64,000 nucleotides of DNA from Veleropilina oligotropha (GCA_048128005.1 JBEUKZ010000065.1:186001-250000), one strand, 5' to 3'; positions 25,310 to 39,880 are shown, counted from the first letter of the stretch. Translations and numbers: made by a program. The notes: a model not told the origin generated them from the letters alone.

Positions 25310-25494
25310 GAGGAGGAGGAATGATGCTTAATGTCCTGTATATTTACAACATCGAGGTTAAAGGCAGGACATGTCCGTGTTATCGCGGGAGGAAACCCCG
25401 GTTGCCCGGGTAAACCCGCCCTCTTCGACCAGTCACGGACAACTGTGATTCATAACTTGAACAAATTTCAATGCCTCAGCCAGGTATTGAACCC
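25310..25494 (-). mobile_element. 5'-truncated SINE (4.1 kb family)
   Basis: High identity to 4099-4285. TSD ATTAAATACTAATG at 25296-25309 and 25495-25508. Confidence 0.88.
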
Positions 25495-25767
25495 ATTAAA
25501 TACTAATGTAAATATAAGGATTGAACTGCATTTTGTTTGCGTTTATGCTGGTATGAATGCAACCAGCAACAGGATAATCCCGAGATTGCAATCCTTCGCC
25601 CCGGGTGGCAAGAAATATGGTGATATGTCTGTGAATAATAGTCAAAGAACATTGTTTTACGTTGTCTTTAGAACGTTGAATAAAGGCAATGTTTACCAGT
25701 GGACATGAATTCTTAATCTAGATCAGTGGTTTGTTTAACAAAAACAAACTAGCGAATAATCAACCCA

Positions 25768-27830
25768 GCAAGTCAAGGGGATGTATCCCCTCCCACGGTA
25801 GCAAAAATCAATAGGCTCCATGTACTCATCATACCAAACATGTATACCAAATTTGAATCAAATCGAATTAGAACTATTCACTGTAGATCGCGCACAAGAA
25901 ATATCTTTAAATAAAATGGATGCCGCGACGACCCTCTTGGATCAGAAAACAAAAGGAAATCATTAGGCGGCATGTCCTCATAGATTTTTATTTACTTTTC
26001 AGATAGGTATATATATACAATATAGAATATAATAAAAAAAATGATATGATATGCATACACTATGCTGAAAAGAAGGATGACTCTTGAGTCGGATAGACTG
26101 TTCCTAATAGGTAGAGTCACCCTTATATATTATTATTTAAAATAATGAAATTCTAACAAAGAAATATTAATTATACCTAATTCAAAAATACAGATTAAAG
26201 TTACAATAATTATAAATACAAAAGAGAAAAAAGTAATATTATGACAGTAGGTACATTGTTATATAATATAAATTATATAAATTATAGAAATTATAGAAAG
26301 CTGGTCTTTAATATAAGGCTATTATGTTTTTAATGAAATTAACAGAGAATGAACTTATCGATTTTTTATCTTTAATATTTGCTGCTAGACTGCCCCACGA
26401 GGATGGTACTTTGCGTAAAAAGCTTTTATTATAAATTTCTGTTTTATGGTGTTGGGTTATTGGGTTGTTTCGATAACGGGTATTATAATTGTGAATGGAG
26501 GCGTAGGTTGAAAACATGTTCTCTAGCTGTACGGGTAACAATTTATTATAGAATTTATATCCTAATTTACACATATTATGCTCAATCATATCATCAAATT
26601 TTAGAATATTTAGCGATTTAAAAATTGGGTTGGTTGGTGCGTTATACGTTTTATTGGCAACTAGTCTAATGCACTTTTTCTGTAATTTAAAGAGCTTGTT
26701 GAAATTAAATTTGCTAACCATTGGGCCCCAAAGCGACAAACCATATGCCAATTGACTGTGGATCAAACTGAAATAAATTGATCTTTTTGAACATCGAGGT
26801 AAAATATTTTTACAGCATCTTAAGCTATACATATTCCGTACCTGTTTATTTTGAATTAAATTTACATGTTCATTCCAATTGAGGTTTTCATCGAGTATTA
26901 CTCCAAGAAACTTTGTTGATTTAACCCTTTCTATGTTACTATTTTCGATTTTTAGATCAGTAGTGATGTTCGGTACTACAACGCTTGGTTGTTTGAATAA
27001 AATGTAATTAGATTTTCCAATATTTAAGGATAGTTTATTGCATTTAAACCATTTTGTGATAGTTTCAATATCCAAAGCAACATAACGATATAATTCTTTG
27101 ATGTCATTTGCTTTTGTATAGATTGTAGTGTCATCCGCAAAATTAATCATTTTCATAAATAGTAAGCATTTGTTTAAATCATTGACGTAAATCAAGAATA
27201 AAAGGGGACCCAGAACGGATCCTTGAGGAACTCCACAATCAATTGACATAGGTTCGGATAGCACATAGTGATTTGGGTTACCAGTGTGTATTTTTACTCT
27301 CTGAGTACGGTGGCTCAAGTAGCTTATAAACCAATTTAATGGTAGACCACGTATGCCATAGTGTTCTAATTTCGATGCTAAGATACTATGATCAATGGTG
27401 TCGAATGCCTTGGAAAGACCGAGAAATACTAACGTGCATATGAAATTTGAATCAAATAGGAAAATAATTTTCGCTGTAGAGCAACGCACAAGAAATCTAA
27501 TCAACCAAAATCTTGAATCCGAAAACGACGAAAATATTTAGGCGGTATGTCCTCATCACAACTCAAGCGCATACCAAACATGAATCAATGGGATAATAAC
27601 TTTTCACTGTAGAGCGCGCACAAGAAATCTCGTCAAACAAAATGGCCACCATGGTGGCCATCTTGTATCCGAAAATGACGAAAATCTTTAGGTGGCGAGT
27701 CCTCATCATAACTGACGTGTATACCAAATTTGAATTAAATCGGATTAGAATCTTTCATTGTAGAGCACACACAATAAATCTCTGCGGCGACGGCGGAACG
27801 ATGCCTAAACCATTTCGGGGATACAATAAT
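25768..27830. repeat. 152-bp-unit satellite-carrying element split by a LINE
   Basis: Same units as 15896-16870. The host sequence GTCCTCAT/ACTAACGTGCAT resumes after the LINE. Confidence 0.75.
25982..27430 (-). mobile_element. 5'-truncated LINE (CR1/L2 group) with a reverse transcriptase reading frame at 26308 to about 27430
   Basis: Motifs LSKAFDTIDH, GVPQGSVLGPLLFLIYVND, FADD and KFLGV. AT-rich 3' UTR. The first 25 or so aa of the ORF-track protein come from the flanking repeat. Confidence 0.93.
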
Positions 27831-27885
27831 GGAAATATGACCACTGTTGCCAATACCAGCCAATGGTACAAAGTGTTGAAATATC

Positions 27886-29494
27886 TAAACTTCTCAAAAC
27901 AAGTTCGGAAACTTTGAATATACCTGGATGTATTTTAGGTTTGGGTACCATTTACGCCGGAAATGTGGTATCATTGGAACCAGTAGCCATTTATGAGCAA
28001 CATGCACTATTCAAGTAATAATGAATGGAAAGGTAGCCATTTGAACAACAGGGGGTGACCAATGGAAAGTAACAAATCACACAAAAAACATTTTAACATG
28101 TGTGTAAATAATGAGAACACGAACACTTTCTTCATGGATGTACTGTTTATTAGCAGAAGTTTTACACAGTCCAGCCTGGTGACTAATCAGTATTCTGTGG
28201 GTCCGCCACGTGCAGCAATACACGAATTGCATCTCTTCCTCATGCTGTAGAAAAGGGTCAGGAATCGAGCCTGAGGAAGTCTGTCCCACTCCTCCTGGAG
28301 AAATCTACGGAGATGAACGAGTGTGTCGTTAGGAGTTAGCTGGGCACGGACAGCACGACCCACCTGATCCCAGACATGCTCGATAGGATTGAGGTCTGGG
28401 GAGCATGCCGGCCACTCCATTACGTTTAGCTGCCTCTGCTGAAAGTGGTGGGTAACAATCCTTGCTGTATGGGGTCTGGCGTTGTCATGCATGTAAATCG
28501 AATTCGCCCCCATATTGGCGAGATGAGGAATAGCTACTGGAATGAGGATCGTGTCAATGTACCGTCTCGCATTTATATTGCCTTCCACAAAGTCTAACTG
28601 AGTCTTCCCGCATTCGTTAATCCCGGCCCAGATCATGATGCTTCCACCATTATATGGTCTGGCATCCTTGACACAGCAAGCTGCATGTCGTTCCCGACGT
28701 CTGCGCCACACCTGGATCCGACAATCATTCTTATTTAAGCAGAACCTCGACTCATCTGTAAACAATGCAGAAGACCAATTCTGTCGGGGCCACCGCTGAT
28801 GCTGACGACACCATCGAAGTCTATACTGCTTATGTTCTGTCGTCATCTCCGGAACTTTTTTGGTCCATCTGGATCTGAATCCATCAGCATGCAACCGATT
28901 CCTGATCGTCTGGTCAGATGTCCGACGTCCACTGGGCTGTATGATTTCATTCTGTATGACAGTAGCTGTGATAAAGCGGTGTCTCGTAGCTAATCCCACA
29001 ATTCGATGATCGGTGTTGGCTGTGGTTACACGCGGATGACCACTTCGGGGGCGATCTTTCACATTTGCTGTATCACGGAAACGGGCTAACAATTTACTGA
29101 TTGTGCCTGGACTGACATTAAACACTCGAGCAACATGACGTTGTGGTGTACCACCCTGTGCCATTCCAAGTGCACGTGCACGATCGAGGTTGGTTAAGCC
29201 GAACCATCTTGTGCCAGATCACACTCACTCAAACATCATGCATGCTGTGGATATCAATGCAACGCTCTGTTAGGTTGCACATTGCATGAATTTTGTCACT
29301 TTTCATGATTGACCCCACTGGTGTTCATTGTGTCATAAAGATGTGAAATCTTACTTGATTGGTTTCAAAAAATGTGTCACTGTTGGAAAATGGTAGCCGA
29401 TTCAATTGATATCATATATGGGGCATACATGCTTCCAATACTATAATTACTGCCCAAAACAATGATAGTTTCCAAACTTTTTTTGAGAAGTGTA
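27886..29494 (-). mobile_element. Tc1/mariner transposon, second family
   Basis: Imperfect TIRs: TAAACTTCTCAAAACAAGTTCGGAAACT at the left, and reverse complement TACACTTCTCAAAAAAAGTTTGGAAACT at the right. Confidence 0.9.
28187..29207 (-). pseudogene. Tc1 DD34E transposase, probable +1 frameshift just after the true start codon
   Basis: FTDES / HDNARPH / SPDLNPIE motifs in a 325-aa frame. The ATG at 29207 gives MVRL/TNLDRARALGM if one A is removed. Confidence 0.88.
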
Positions 29495-29699
29495 TATTTA
29501 CCTAACGACATAATTATAATGCAACAAGCATAGCCACCAGCTGTGAGTGACAATAGTGATATATGTAGCTGGGTGACGTGTGACATGATCAAGGACAGTT
29601 AAAACAAGCCTGCACTACAGAGGTCAGCACAAATAACCTTTACTTGTCATTTCTGACAGCGATGTGAACACATTGTATTCTGATGCAGATTAGCGACAG

Positions 29700-29986
29700 A
29701 GGAATAGATTTTTAAGACTGAGAAATTGCGAAATTGCGTAATAAAAGCCGCATCCGCAATCCGATTCGGATCATCTTTGAGGACAGAGCGTAGGGTTTGC
29801 CCTATCTCATGTGAAAAAACTGAGTTGATCGGAGCAACGGTTGTCGAGATATGCTCGTGGACAGACAGACACACAGACAGAGACACACAGACAGAGACAC
29901 ACAGACAGAGACACACAGACAGAGACACGCAGACAAACCAACCTGTGTAATACCGTCTTCCACCACTGTGTGGGCGAAGGTAATTA
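29700..29986. repeat. Dispersed repeat end with an (ACAG/AC)n microsatellite
   Basis: CCGATTCGGATCATCTTTGAGGA, a microsatellite and a GGCGAAGGTAATTA end. Related inverted sequence lies near 53990-54030. Confidence 0.55.
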
Positions 29987-31639
29987 CATATTCTAAATGG
30001 AGCACTCGTGCGCAACATAGAAGATGTAATTGCTGGTTGCATTCATAATTTCATACCAGCATAAATGCAACCAAAATGCAGTTCAACCCCTGTATTATTG
30101 CGGGAGGAAAGGTCGGTCACTTGGGAAATCTGCCCATATCGTCATTTTTGACCCATGACCCGCACACCCGCAACATGCCTCGAATGACACACAAAATGAA
30201 AAATTTGGGAAAATAAAATTCTTAGTTTGATTGGCAGCGGCCCAGGACAGTGTTTGTTTTGCATCTTGATTACGCAGCCAGAATTACGGTCGTGGAACAT
30301 AGGCGTTAATTTGCACCTAAAACCCTGTTTACACTACCAAATATAATCCGCATTCAAATAAACCGGCTTAATTTTCATGTATCACGCAATTGCAGATTAT
30401 TTCTGTGGGTGTTATCACCTTGTAATCGTAGGTCGGCTGAACAGGTCCACGTCACATGCGCATGCGCGCACCGATAGAAGCATGTGCATACATACGACTC
30501 AAAACGAGACAAAGCGGTTCGAAGTCACTTGAGCGTTAACACTACAAAAAGAATCGATTAATATATTTAAGCGGGTTTCAAACCACATCAGAAGATGGAC
30601 CATTTAAGCCGGTTCAAGTCAACTCATTAGCTTAAACACACACCAAATATAATGCGCATTAAAATAAACCGGGGCTTAAGCCATACCTGTCAACTCAACC
30701 GGAATGATCGGTAGATTAAAGAATTGCGACTTTGTTTACCGGACAAAATTATCAAAATCATTTAATCCGAAATATCGACATTTTACCGATTTCGAAAACA
30801 TTTTACACTGGTATCTATCTCCACGCATGCGCCGACTGTTCCATGGCAGGGAAAATAACTAGTCTCTGTTTTTGAGACTGCACTCGAATGAGAAATAATC
30901 TCGCGTCGGCTCATTATTTTCCCCGAACGTGAACCTACGAAAATGATCTGTACATTCCGGTAGCCTCGCGTTGCGAATATCGAAAAACGATTCATTGTGC
31001 ATGAAGCTACTGTGGGTCGCCATTGAATGTTGTCTTTGCCTAATTATTTAAAGCGAGTGCATTAATTGTGTTAGAAAGACTTTACGGACAAATTGCTTTG
31101 TTTGCGAGTACAGTATTACTGGGCTTTTCGCAGAGATTAAATTAGCCTGCATGTGTGAATATGTGTTGTTGAAATTCTAAATCTTAAAACTGCTACTCCA
31201 ACGTATTTATTTTGTGGTTTTCACCAGCCGATATAATAAGTTTAGGCCTAACTTTACAGACTGCGTTCCTAATATCCAACCGCAATGCTTACGGAATTTA
31301 TGTTTAAGATTAAATCTTATCATTTACCACGGAAGTAATAGACAACTAGAGGAGTTGTTTTTGTCTGAACAAAAACATATGTCTCCCGTTTGAGAGAAAT
31401 CATTCCACATTCACACCCTCATGAATATTCAAAAGTCACAAATCAATAAGGGAACACAAAATTGTATCGTCCTGCACATGCTTGAAGTGTAAGCCATGTA
31501 TGTACAAATAAATCAGGAGGATGGATACGATTTGAAATCTCGAAGAACAAGCCCGGACACGATGTGGTGATCAAATTAAAGATCATTACGGCAAGGTGAA
31601 CGGTCATTTTGGGAAAATTTCACCGCCTTGCACAATGTC

Positions 31640-33355
31640 ATGTAAGGGGTGAATAATATATGATTATTTAATGATATTCATTAAATAGGGTTTGTGATAC
31701 AGACTATAACCACCGACTAATTGTATTATAAGATTCTTACATCCCTATAAAGGAAACAGACTATAGTTTATGCACTTTGCACTATATCCCATAATTCACT
31801 AGTGCCTAGCTAGACAAAGGGATTTTTATTCATGAGCCTCATTCTCGATAATTTTCGGAGATTCGTTGCTTTGTTTCAACAAAAGATCTTTATGCCCGCC
31901 TTTCATAGGATTTTATGCTCGCTAACGCAGTTTTATATTAACATGTAAATTCTATATTCTTTATCTCGTCGTTTTTCTCCCTGTCTACCTCAATATGGCG
32001 AACATCAATCCCATTCCCGAAGATATTGAAAATTCGGACCCTGAAGTCACTGACGAACAAACGGAACAAATCTCCAATTCCGCGAATCCTGCCCCATCAG
32101 ATTTGCTCGACGATTCTGCAGAGCACACCGCCTTACGTGTCGCCCGAAGACGATGAACACCACGCGTCGTTTCTTCGCCGTATACGACCTGGACCAATGC
32201 CAGATTACGGTCCGAGCTCCACGCCTGGGGCATTACCGTTCCGGCGTCGTTCGCCAAAAAGGACCTCATAAAAATGTTGGAACATAATCCGCGGTGTGGT
32301 CGCCCTGTTGCGGGCACGGTGACCGACAACACGCCTTCCGACGATGTGCGCCGCCGTGAACCGACTTCCACGCTGTCTCGCTCCGAGGTCGAATCGACCC
32401 CCGTTTCCGACGCGGATTCGGCCCTATCTCGCGACAGCGGCCTTGCCACCACGCTGCTCGCTATTCAACGGGAGCTTTCTTACCTTCGTCAAAAAGTCGA
32501 CAACAACCCATCTCTTCCCGCGGCGTCCAGTTCTAATCCTTCGACGTCTACCATCTCTGGCCCATTCAATCTTCACACGGCCAGTGAATCTACTGATAAT
32601 CCCCTCGAGTTTCCATCCGGGCGACGCTTTTCCGGTCCGCTTCGACGGAGATTCGGCGTTCCGTCACACGATCTCCCGCGTACGGACGACATTTCTTCTT
32701 CCATCAGGACCAACATCATCCAAGGTAAGAACATTAATATAGCGTCTTTGCTCTTACCGAACCATGATGGGGGGTTTCGCTCGTTAATTGACGACAATGG
32801 TGGCGAAATCCGAATAAAGGGTGCCCCAGACGCCCGTTTGCAGAAAACTCTCACCATATCCGAATTTACGACAGCTTTTGATATTTATAAATCGGTTATG
32901 TGCGAATCGTACCCTAATCGTCGCGAGGAGTTGGATTTATACCAACAGGATGTCCACGACATGGCGTGCTCCTTCCCGGGCTCCATGTTTTACGATTACC
33001 ATCTGGCTTTCTCTGCGCGTGCGGCAACTATGTTGCAACTTCACAACATAAAAATTGACTGGTCGATTCGCGACAACAATCTTTACACCACTCTGAGCGC
33101 AGGTCGCCGTACCGTTGCATGTACGCATTGCAATAGTGTCCTGCATGCATCCGACTTCTGTGGCCTCAATCTGGATTTAAAAGGTCGTTCGCGCATCATG
33201 CATGAGGGTAAGGAATTATGCAACAATTTTAATTCCGGCAAGGGCTGCATTCGTCTGGATTGCATGTACGCTCACCGCTGCCTTTCATGTAAAGGCGATC
33301 ACCCCCAACCGCAATGTCAGTCTTCTGCTCGTCGCTTCGCTGATAAATCTACGCG
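31640..33355 (+). mobile_element. 3'-truncated tyrosine-recombinase retrotransposon (DIRS/Ngaro-like)
   Basis: AT-rich terminal region with TATAAAA near 31746, followed by a GC-rich gag-like ORF. RT, RNase H and YR are absent. Confidence 0.75.
31995..33355 (+). pseudogene. DIRS/Ngaro ORF1 (gag-like) with one premature stop
   Basis: ATG 31995 is in frame with ORF 32274, with a TGA at 32154-32156. Contains a HeH/LEM-like segment WTNARLRSELHAWGI, LTISEFTTAFDIYK, FYDYHLAFS, IDWSIRD and Cys/His fingers (CTHCNSVLHASDFC; CNNFN..C....C...HRCLSCKGDH....C). Confidence 0.8.
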
Positions 33356-33359
33356 TCTG

Positions 33360-34050
33360 CATTACACATCACACGGCTACCGGAGCAGCCGGTGGATCAG
33401 CGTCGGCACTCCACATCACACGGCTACCGGAGGAGCCAGTGTATCAGTGTCGGCACTCCACATCACACGGCTACCGGAGGAGCCAGTGTATCAGCACTCC
33501 ACATCACACGGCTACCGGAGGAGCCAGTGTATCAGCGGCGGCACTCCACATCACACGGCTACCGGAGGAACCAGTGTATCAGCGTCGGCACTCCACATCA
33601 CACGGCTACCGGAGCAGCCAGTGTATCAGCGTCGGCACTCCACATCACATGGCTACCGGTGCAGCCAGTGGATCATCGTCGGCACTCCACATCACACGGC
33701 TACCGGAGCAGCCAGTGTATCAGCGTCGGCACTCCACATCACACGGCTACCGGTGCAGCCAGTGTATCAGCGTCGGCACTCCACATCACACGGCTACCGC
33801 AGGAGCCAGTGTATCAGCGGCGGCACTCCACATCACACGGCTACCGGAGTGGCCAGGGATCACCGTCGGCACTCCACATCACACGGCTACCGCAGGAGCC
33901 AGTGTATCAGCGGCGGCACTCCACATCACACGGCTACCGGAGGAACCAGTGTATCAGCGGCGGCACTCCACATCACACGACTACCGTCGGCACTCCACAT
34001 CACACGGCTACCGTCGGCACTCCACATCACACGGCTACCAGAGCAGCCAG
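33360..34050. repeat. 47-bp GC-rich minisatellite, about 15 units with length variants
   Basis: Unit CACTCCACATCACACGGCTACCGGAGGAGCCAGTGTATCAGCGTCGG. Confidence 0.95.
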
Positions 34051-34834
34051 GGATTTCAGAACCAACACTAAAGACCACATGGCCGCCATCATAACATTAG
34101 AAGTTAAACAAATCAAGAAAATAATATTCAAATCAAAGGAAATCTACGGTACACTCGCGGTGATAACGCAGCAGCTGAAATTATGGTCATCATTGAATTC
34201 AGAGAAGACAAATGTTTAAAATTTGTTTCTCATTCACCTTGATTTGCAACAGACCACCATACTATGGCCAACACTACCATTTACATACATGTATATCAAG
34301 AATATGCCAAGTATGCGCTAATTTAGACATCAAGGACATATGACAGACACCAGACCGTGACAGCAACTCTAACAGGTAACGGGCAAGATGGAGCGGAAGT
34401 AGGCAGCCATGCAATGCCTCACAGCAACTGCTTTGAAGTATCAAAGCTGTGTAGCAATTGTATGAATTAAGCAGAATTTAAAGATTTCATGCATGACCAT
34501 GCATGTAGGGTTGCATGTGTGTTCTGGTTTTAGAGGATGCACATGTACAAATCTGGATTTTATATTCATGTGGCGGTTATATATCTTGTTAAAAATGGTC
34601 ATGGAATGAAATATCAATACTAACCCGAGTGCTTACTGCTATATATATTTACTTTCAGTATTATTTTAAAACATGCAATTGAATCGCATAACACAGGTTT
34701 CTAAAATTTCATCATTCACTTGCCAACGAAACAATTGACCAATTCAGGAAAATAACTAGATGTTTTGACGTCGACATTTAAATGCGTAATTGACTTTACT
34801 CATTATAGCGTTATAAGTTTCTTGTAGTGAAAAT

Positions 34835-35112
34835 TATCATTGGCCAGTTATCATTGGCCAGTTATCATTGGCCAGTTATCATTGGCCAGTTATCATTGGC
34901 CAGTTCTCATTGGCCAGTTCTCATTGGCCAGTTATCATTGGCCAGTTATCATTGGCCAGTTATCATTGGCCAGTTATCATTGGCCAGTTATCATTGGCCA
35001 GTTATCATTGGGGAGTTATCATTGGCCAGTTCTCATTGGCCAGTTCTCATTGGCCAGTTCTCATTGGCCAGTTATCATTGGCCAGTTATCATTGGCCAGT
35101 TCTCATTGGCCA
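34835..35112. repeat. 14-bp minisatellite, about 20 units
   Basis: Unit TCATTGGCCAGTT(A/C). Confidence 0.95.
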
Positions 35113-35467
35113 TTTCTGTACAACTGTGACTGTTAATTGCACACGTGTCGAGCGAAGATTTCGAACCCACTCCATTAAATCAGAGCGGGTGAATTGGGAG
35201 CTACGCTCATATCCGCTACACTACCGGGCCGCTGAAACAGGGTATATATGGAATTAACCAGCACCATCACACTCCGATGGCAGCAACACCAGACTCAGCA
35301 CAACCCACATGCCTCGATTGACAGCAGATGACCACGACAACGACAAACAAAGCAAATCTTCAGCTATATTCAAGCAGTTATTTTTTTAATTGCAATGCAA
35401 TACTTTCATCATCATCTATTGTGGAAACCAGCATGGAATACATCAACTTTGAACAAGAAAAAGCCCC

Positions 35468-36013
35468 TCAGTGGTTAAGAATAGATATAAGAATGCAATA
35501 TCAGACAGCAATTTTAGTCTATAAATGTATAAACAGAATTGATCCATTATATCTTCAGGAACTTTTCAAAGGCATCCAATCAAACTATGTTTTGCGTTCA
35601 GTTGAAAGTGGAAATGTTTTATTACCTAAACCAAATTTAGAAATGTTCAAAAATAGTTTTCAGTACTCTGGTGCTGTCATTTGGAACAATTTACCTGGTC
35701 TTATAAAGTCATCAAAAAATCTCAACATATTTAAAGCCAAATGTCTTGACCATCTGAATAACAAATAAATGTATATCATGCCTTTGAAAAGATCTGCAAT
35801 ATGTAATCCTTGATATTAAATTTGTTATTACTATGCAAACATACCATATGTTGTATGCTTTTGTACATTTTATTTCCTTTTCTGTATATATATATATATG
35901 TAAATAGTAATTATCAGCCTATAATAGTATAGATATATTGAAGGCCTCAAGGGAGAATAGTTCATAACTAATTGTGTAACCTTCATAAAATAAAGTATTT
36001 ATTATTATTATTA
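35468..36013 (+). mobile_element. 3' fragment of a LINE (CR1/L2 group)
   Basis: WLRIDIRMQYQTAILVYKC...SFQYSGAVIWNNLP, ending AATAAAGT(ATT)n. Confidence 0.82.
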
Positions 36014-36895
36014 TATAACCAAATAGATGGAATGTTGCACAAATAGAGAGTTAGAACAAAATTAGCAGCAGAAATCTTGTGATTTCATTTCACTGATGCA
36101 GAACCACTGACTCTTGAAGTCAATAAATCCGTCAGTGATCCCTGGTTACTCACATCAAAAAAGAAACTCTATCTTCTAAATTGTTCTGGGAGCTTAACAC
36201 AGACTAAACTCTAACCAAATCCACAAACAAGGCGGCAATCAATATCCAATTTGTGTTGATTTATATGTAACCAGATTTAACAGAATCACCGTATTTCAGA
36301 AGCTACAAAAATAAGCAATAGAACAATTAACGAATGTCATGACAATCATCAACAAACTTTCAGGAAATTTTTAGAATAAAACAAATGTACACATGAAAAA
36401 CTTATCTGCCAATAAAATCTGTATCATTTTAAGGTCATTATTAAAAGAGAATGTTTAACCCCTCTCGGCGCTCTTATTCTGTGTTAACAACAGTATATTT
36501 GTTTTCACTTACGGAAGATGGGTCTGAAACAGACAAAGTAGCTATGTGGTAATTAGTAAGTACATCATCATAAAATTAAACTAATACTAAAAGATTTTTA
36601 TAAATTCCTAAACTTGTAAGCAGCAAAAGGTACAATCATTCAAAGCTACTTCATAGCATGGGGTAGAGGTAGAATAAACACGGAAATCAACTAGAACCTT
36701 TTTACTACTTAACCTAATTTTCTGAAAAATATCATATCCAACTACAAGCACCACAAAGCAAAATCTCACAGCAAGCTGCTACACGGTGGAATGTGACAGG
36801 CTCAAAATAAACAGGCGAGAACACATGTAATCCGACAAAAAAGAAACCAAAATGGCAGGGAAGCATATGGCCGAAACTCCCAACAGGAAACTCAC

Positions 36896-36965
36896 AAGTA
36901 TCTAGTTAGGCGAGAATCGCAAATCTTCTGTAGCCAACAATCCAAATGTTGACATTTCTTCCTCC
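36896..36965 (-). other. Candidate 70-bp exon
   Basis: Strong acceptor TTCTTTTTTTCCAG|G and donor CTT|GTGAGT. Confidence 0.55.
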
Positions 36966-37529
36966 CTGGAAAAAAGAATGTTGCTTTGTTCCACTCCACC
37001 AGCACAGAAATGCTGCCACAGAAACAAGCTAGTTTTTTCGCAAAAAGTTGTAGCCAAAAAATGTGTTGGGTAAGGTTAACAATATAGAGCTAATTTGTTG
37101 CCTCAGGATGAAATAATATGGCACAATATTAGGTTTGGTATTTCATATCCAAACCAACAGCAATGGTATCTTTTTACACGGAGGACGATCCAAACAGTGA
37201 ACATAACAAGAAACCCAATTGCTGGGGTGTACATGACAGCCATGGCATGGCATATTAATCACAGTATCATACTAGAAATATGTTCCCCGGAACATGGATA
37301 TGCCCCTGGATGAAGACACCGGATGCTGCACTTTGCCAATAGCTTTATGACTATCAAACACGTATTTAAATCTTTAAACAACCACTCCAGCGATTGTTCA
37401 GTCATATTATACTCAGGCACCCTGTTTAACATCTCTATATCACATGATTTTATCTATCCTAAATGTTGTACAATGTCATATCATGAAGGATGTTGGTGGC
37501 ACACAGGAACTCCACTCATTGGACAAACC

Positions 37530-38264
37530 CATGAGTGAATCGATGCGCACGTACGTAATTATATTAAATTCCATTCAACATCAGTGCCAGAGTATCAGCA
37601 GGCATCCATATGTGCATTACCAATGCACACTTATGCAAAGAAGAGCCTTAAGCAACACATATGCGATCATTGAAAAACTTTAACCGAAAACTTTACCCAA
37701 AATTTATATGTCCAAGAACACTAATTTCAGGCATTAATTATATTAAATTCAATTCAATATTAGTGCCATTGTATCAGCAGGCATCCATATAACCACTACC
37801 AATGCACATGTATGCAAACAAGAGCCTTAAGCAACACATATGCGATCATTGAAAAACTTTAACCGAAAACTTTAACCAAAATGTCTACTATGTACAAAAA
37901 CACCAATTTCGGCATTATTTATATTAAATTCCATTCAATATCAGTGCCACAGTATCAGTTGACATCCACATAACCATTATCAATGCATATGTAAGCAAAT
38001 AAGAGCCTTGAGAAACTCGTATATGTCCAATGAAAAACTTTAACCAAAAGTTTTACCATAATTTCTATGTCCAAGAACACAAATTTCAGGCACTAATTAT
38101 ATGAAATTCTATTCAATATCCATGTCAGAGTATCAGCAGGCATCCATATAACCATTGCATATGCATGCAAAAGTGTCATTGAAAAACTTTAACCAAATCC
38201 GGACACACACACAGACGCAGTGAAAGCTATATGCCGCTCGAGACTATCGTCCCGGGGCATAATA
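37530..38264. repeat. HINE-like element with about 180-bp internal units
   Basis: Three to four units containing GAAAAACTTTAACC, then (AC)n and a terminal ATGCC...GGCAT-AATAA hairpin. Confidence 0.7.
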
Positions 38265-38971
38265 AGAGTTGAACCACTTTTGTTGGACATACATAACTGT
38301 TACCTATATAAAGAGATCAGAAAAGTAATCACACAATTTCAATTCACGACAGAACGCACTAGTGGGTTAAATAATACGTGATTTTTATTAATTACGCAAT
38401 TTGCAAGGTAATAAAAATATTGACATCCTATACAAATGAGAGATCAGTATGCAATGTGCCAGTCCTTATCCGGATAAAAGGGAAAGGAAATATGGCCTGC
38501 TAAAACAGCGAATCACTGGACATGGGATCTAAACACCATGACATGACGTCATCGTGTCAATCCAGTATACATTAATATGTAATTAGTAAAATGATGTTGC
38601 TAAATAAATGTAATTTAAATATATTGATTATGAAGTCAACTGTACATAACTAACTGTCTTGTCATTGTAAAAATTAGCAGTGTCAAATTATACTTGTGCT
38701 GATGAAAAGAGACAATATAAATAAATACCCATGATGAATAACATTTTCAATTTGCTGTCATTGCCAATTATTAAATTCATTAATGCCCAGACATTTTAAT
38801 CACCCTTTGACAAAAGTATTGTTCATTGTGTCTATCACAGATTTTGCCGAAATTAGGGCAGCAACTCATGGCATGCCCCTGTCCAATTCCATCAATTAAC
38901 TGTTGCCTTTGAAAAAACAAGAGCAAAAGCTTGAAATGACTTGCACGGCGTGAAATTGCGCATCAATCACT

Positions 38972-39880
38972 TTTATCTTACTTTAGCTCTTAATACTGCA
39001 ATCTGATTGGTTAACATTCCTTCGACAATTACCGTATTCCCCACCCAGGCGGGGTATATGAATTATTTATACCTTACGTAGTTATGTGTACTATTGTGAT
39101 TTGGAGCGCCCTCAAAGACATGGGAGATAATTGTGAACATGTCGTCTGCCAAAGCATCGATACAAATGTTAAGTCATGGAATCGTACATCGTTTCGAAAA
39201 TTTTGCATCAATTTCATTTTATAGTCGTAACGGTTTACACTTTTGACATTTTCATGTAAAATGAATATCCAATTATCCTTATTTAGCTAATTTGGATGTT
39301 TACTTCGCTTCCTATTATTCTCCTGCGCAGAGACGTCATTTCTTTACGGTACTGTACGGAGTATTCTTAATTTCTATGCCTGGAGAGTGACGGTTGCTAG
39401 GCATTATTATTAAATTCTAATGGGCGCGTCGGAATATCTTCAATATATATATAATGTATATTGGTATGCATGTATTTGCCACAAACATACTTTGTGTATT
39501 TTTCAATAATCATGCCAATTATGCTAAAATATCACAGTTATAACGGCAGGAATATTTTTATATTGCATTAAGTTTTACACATGATCTTCTGCAGAACTGA
39601 AAACATAATTTTAGGAACGCGGTTTTTTAGTAACAACAATAGAATGTATAAAATGGATTCTTTCGCGGAGTAACGAAGTTGGACAAGAAACTTGTTCAAA
39701 AGGCTTGATTTTGTTATATTGAAGTAAGATAAATTCGTTGTCGGCATAGCCCTCGTGAAATATGGGTCTATGTACCGTTCGTGAGAATTTATTAACTCGA
39801 CTTCGTCTCGGTTAATTAAAATCTCACAAACAGGTACATAGACCCATATTCCCCTCGGGCAATGCCGACAACTTATAATA
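38972..39880. mobile_element. Hairpin-bearing non-autonomous element, Crypton-like
   Basis: IR TTTATCTTACTT (38972-38983) / AAGTAAGATAAA (39722-39733), then a hairpin at 39737-39872. Confidence 0.65.

Noticed and set aside
34827..35257. HWPVIIGQLSLAS-repeat ORFs or a CCAAT-box cluster
   Set aside because: Translation of a 14-bp tandem repeat, with no evidence for a regulatory role.
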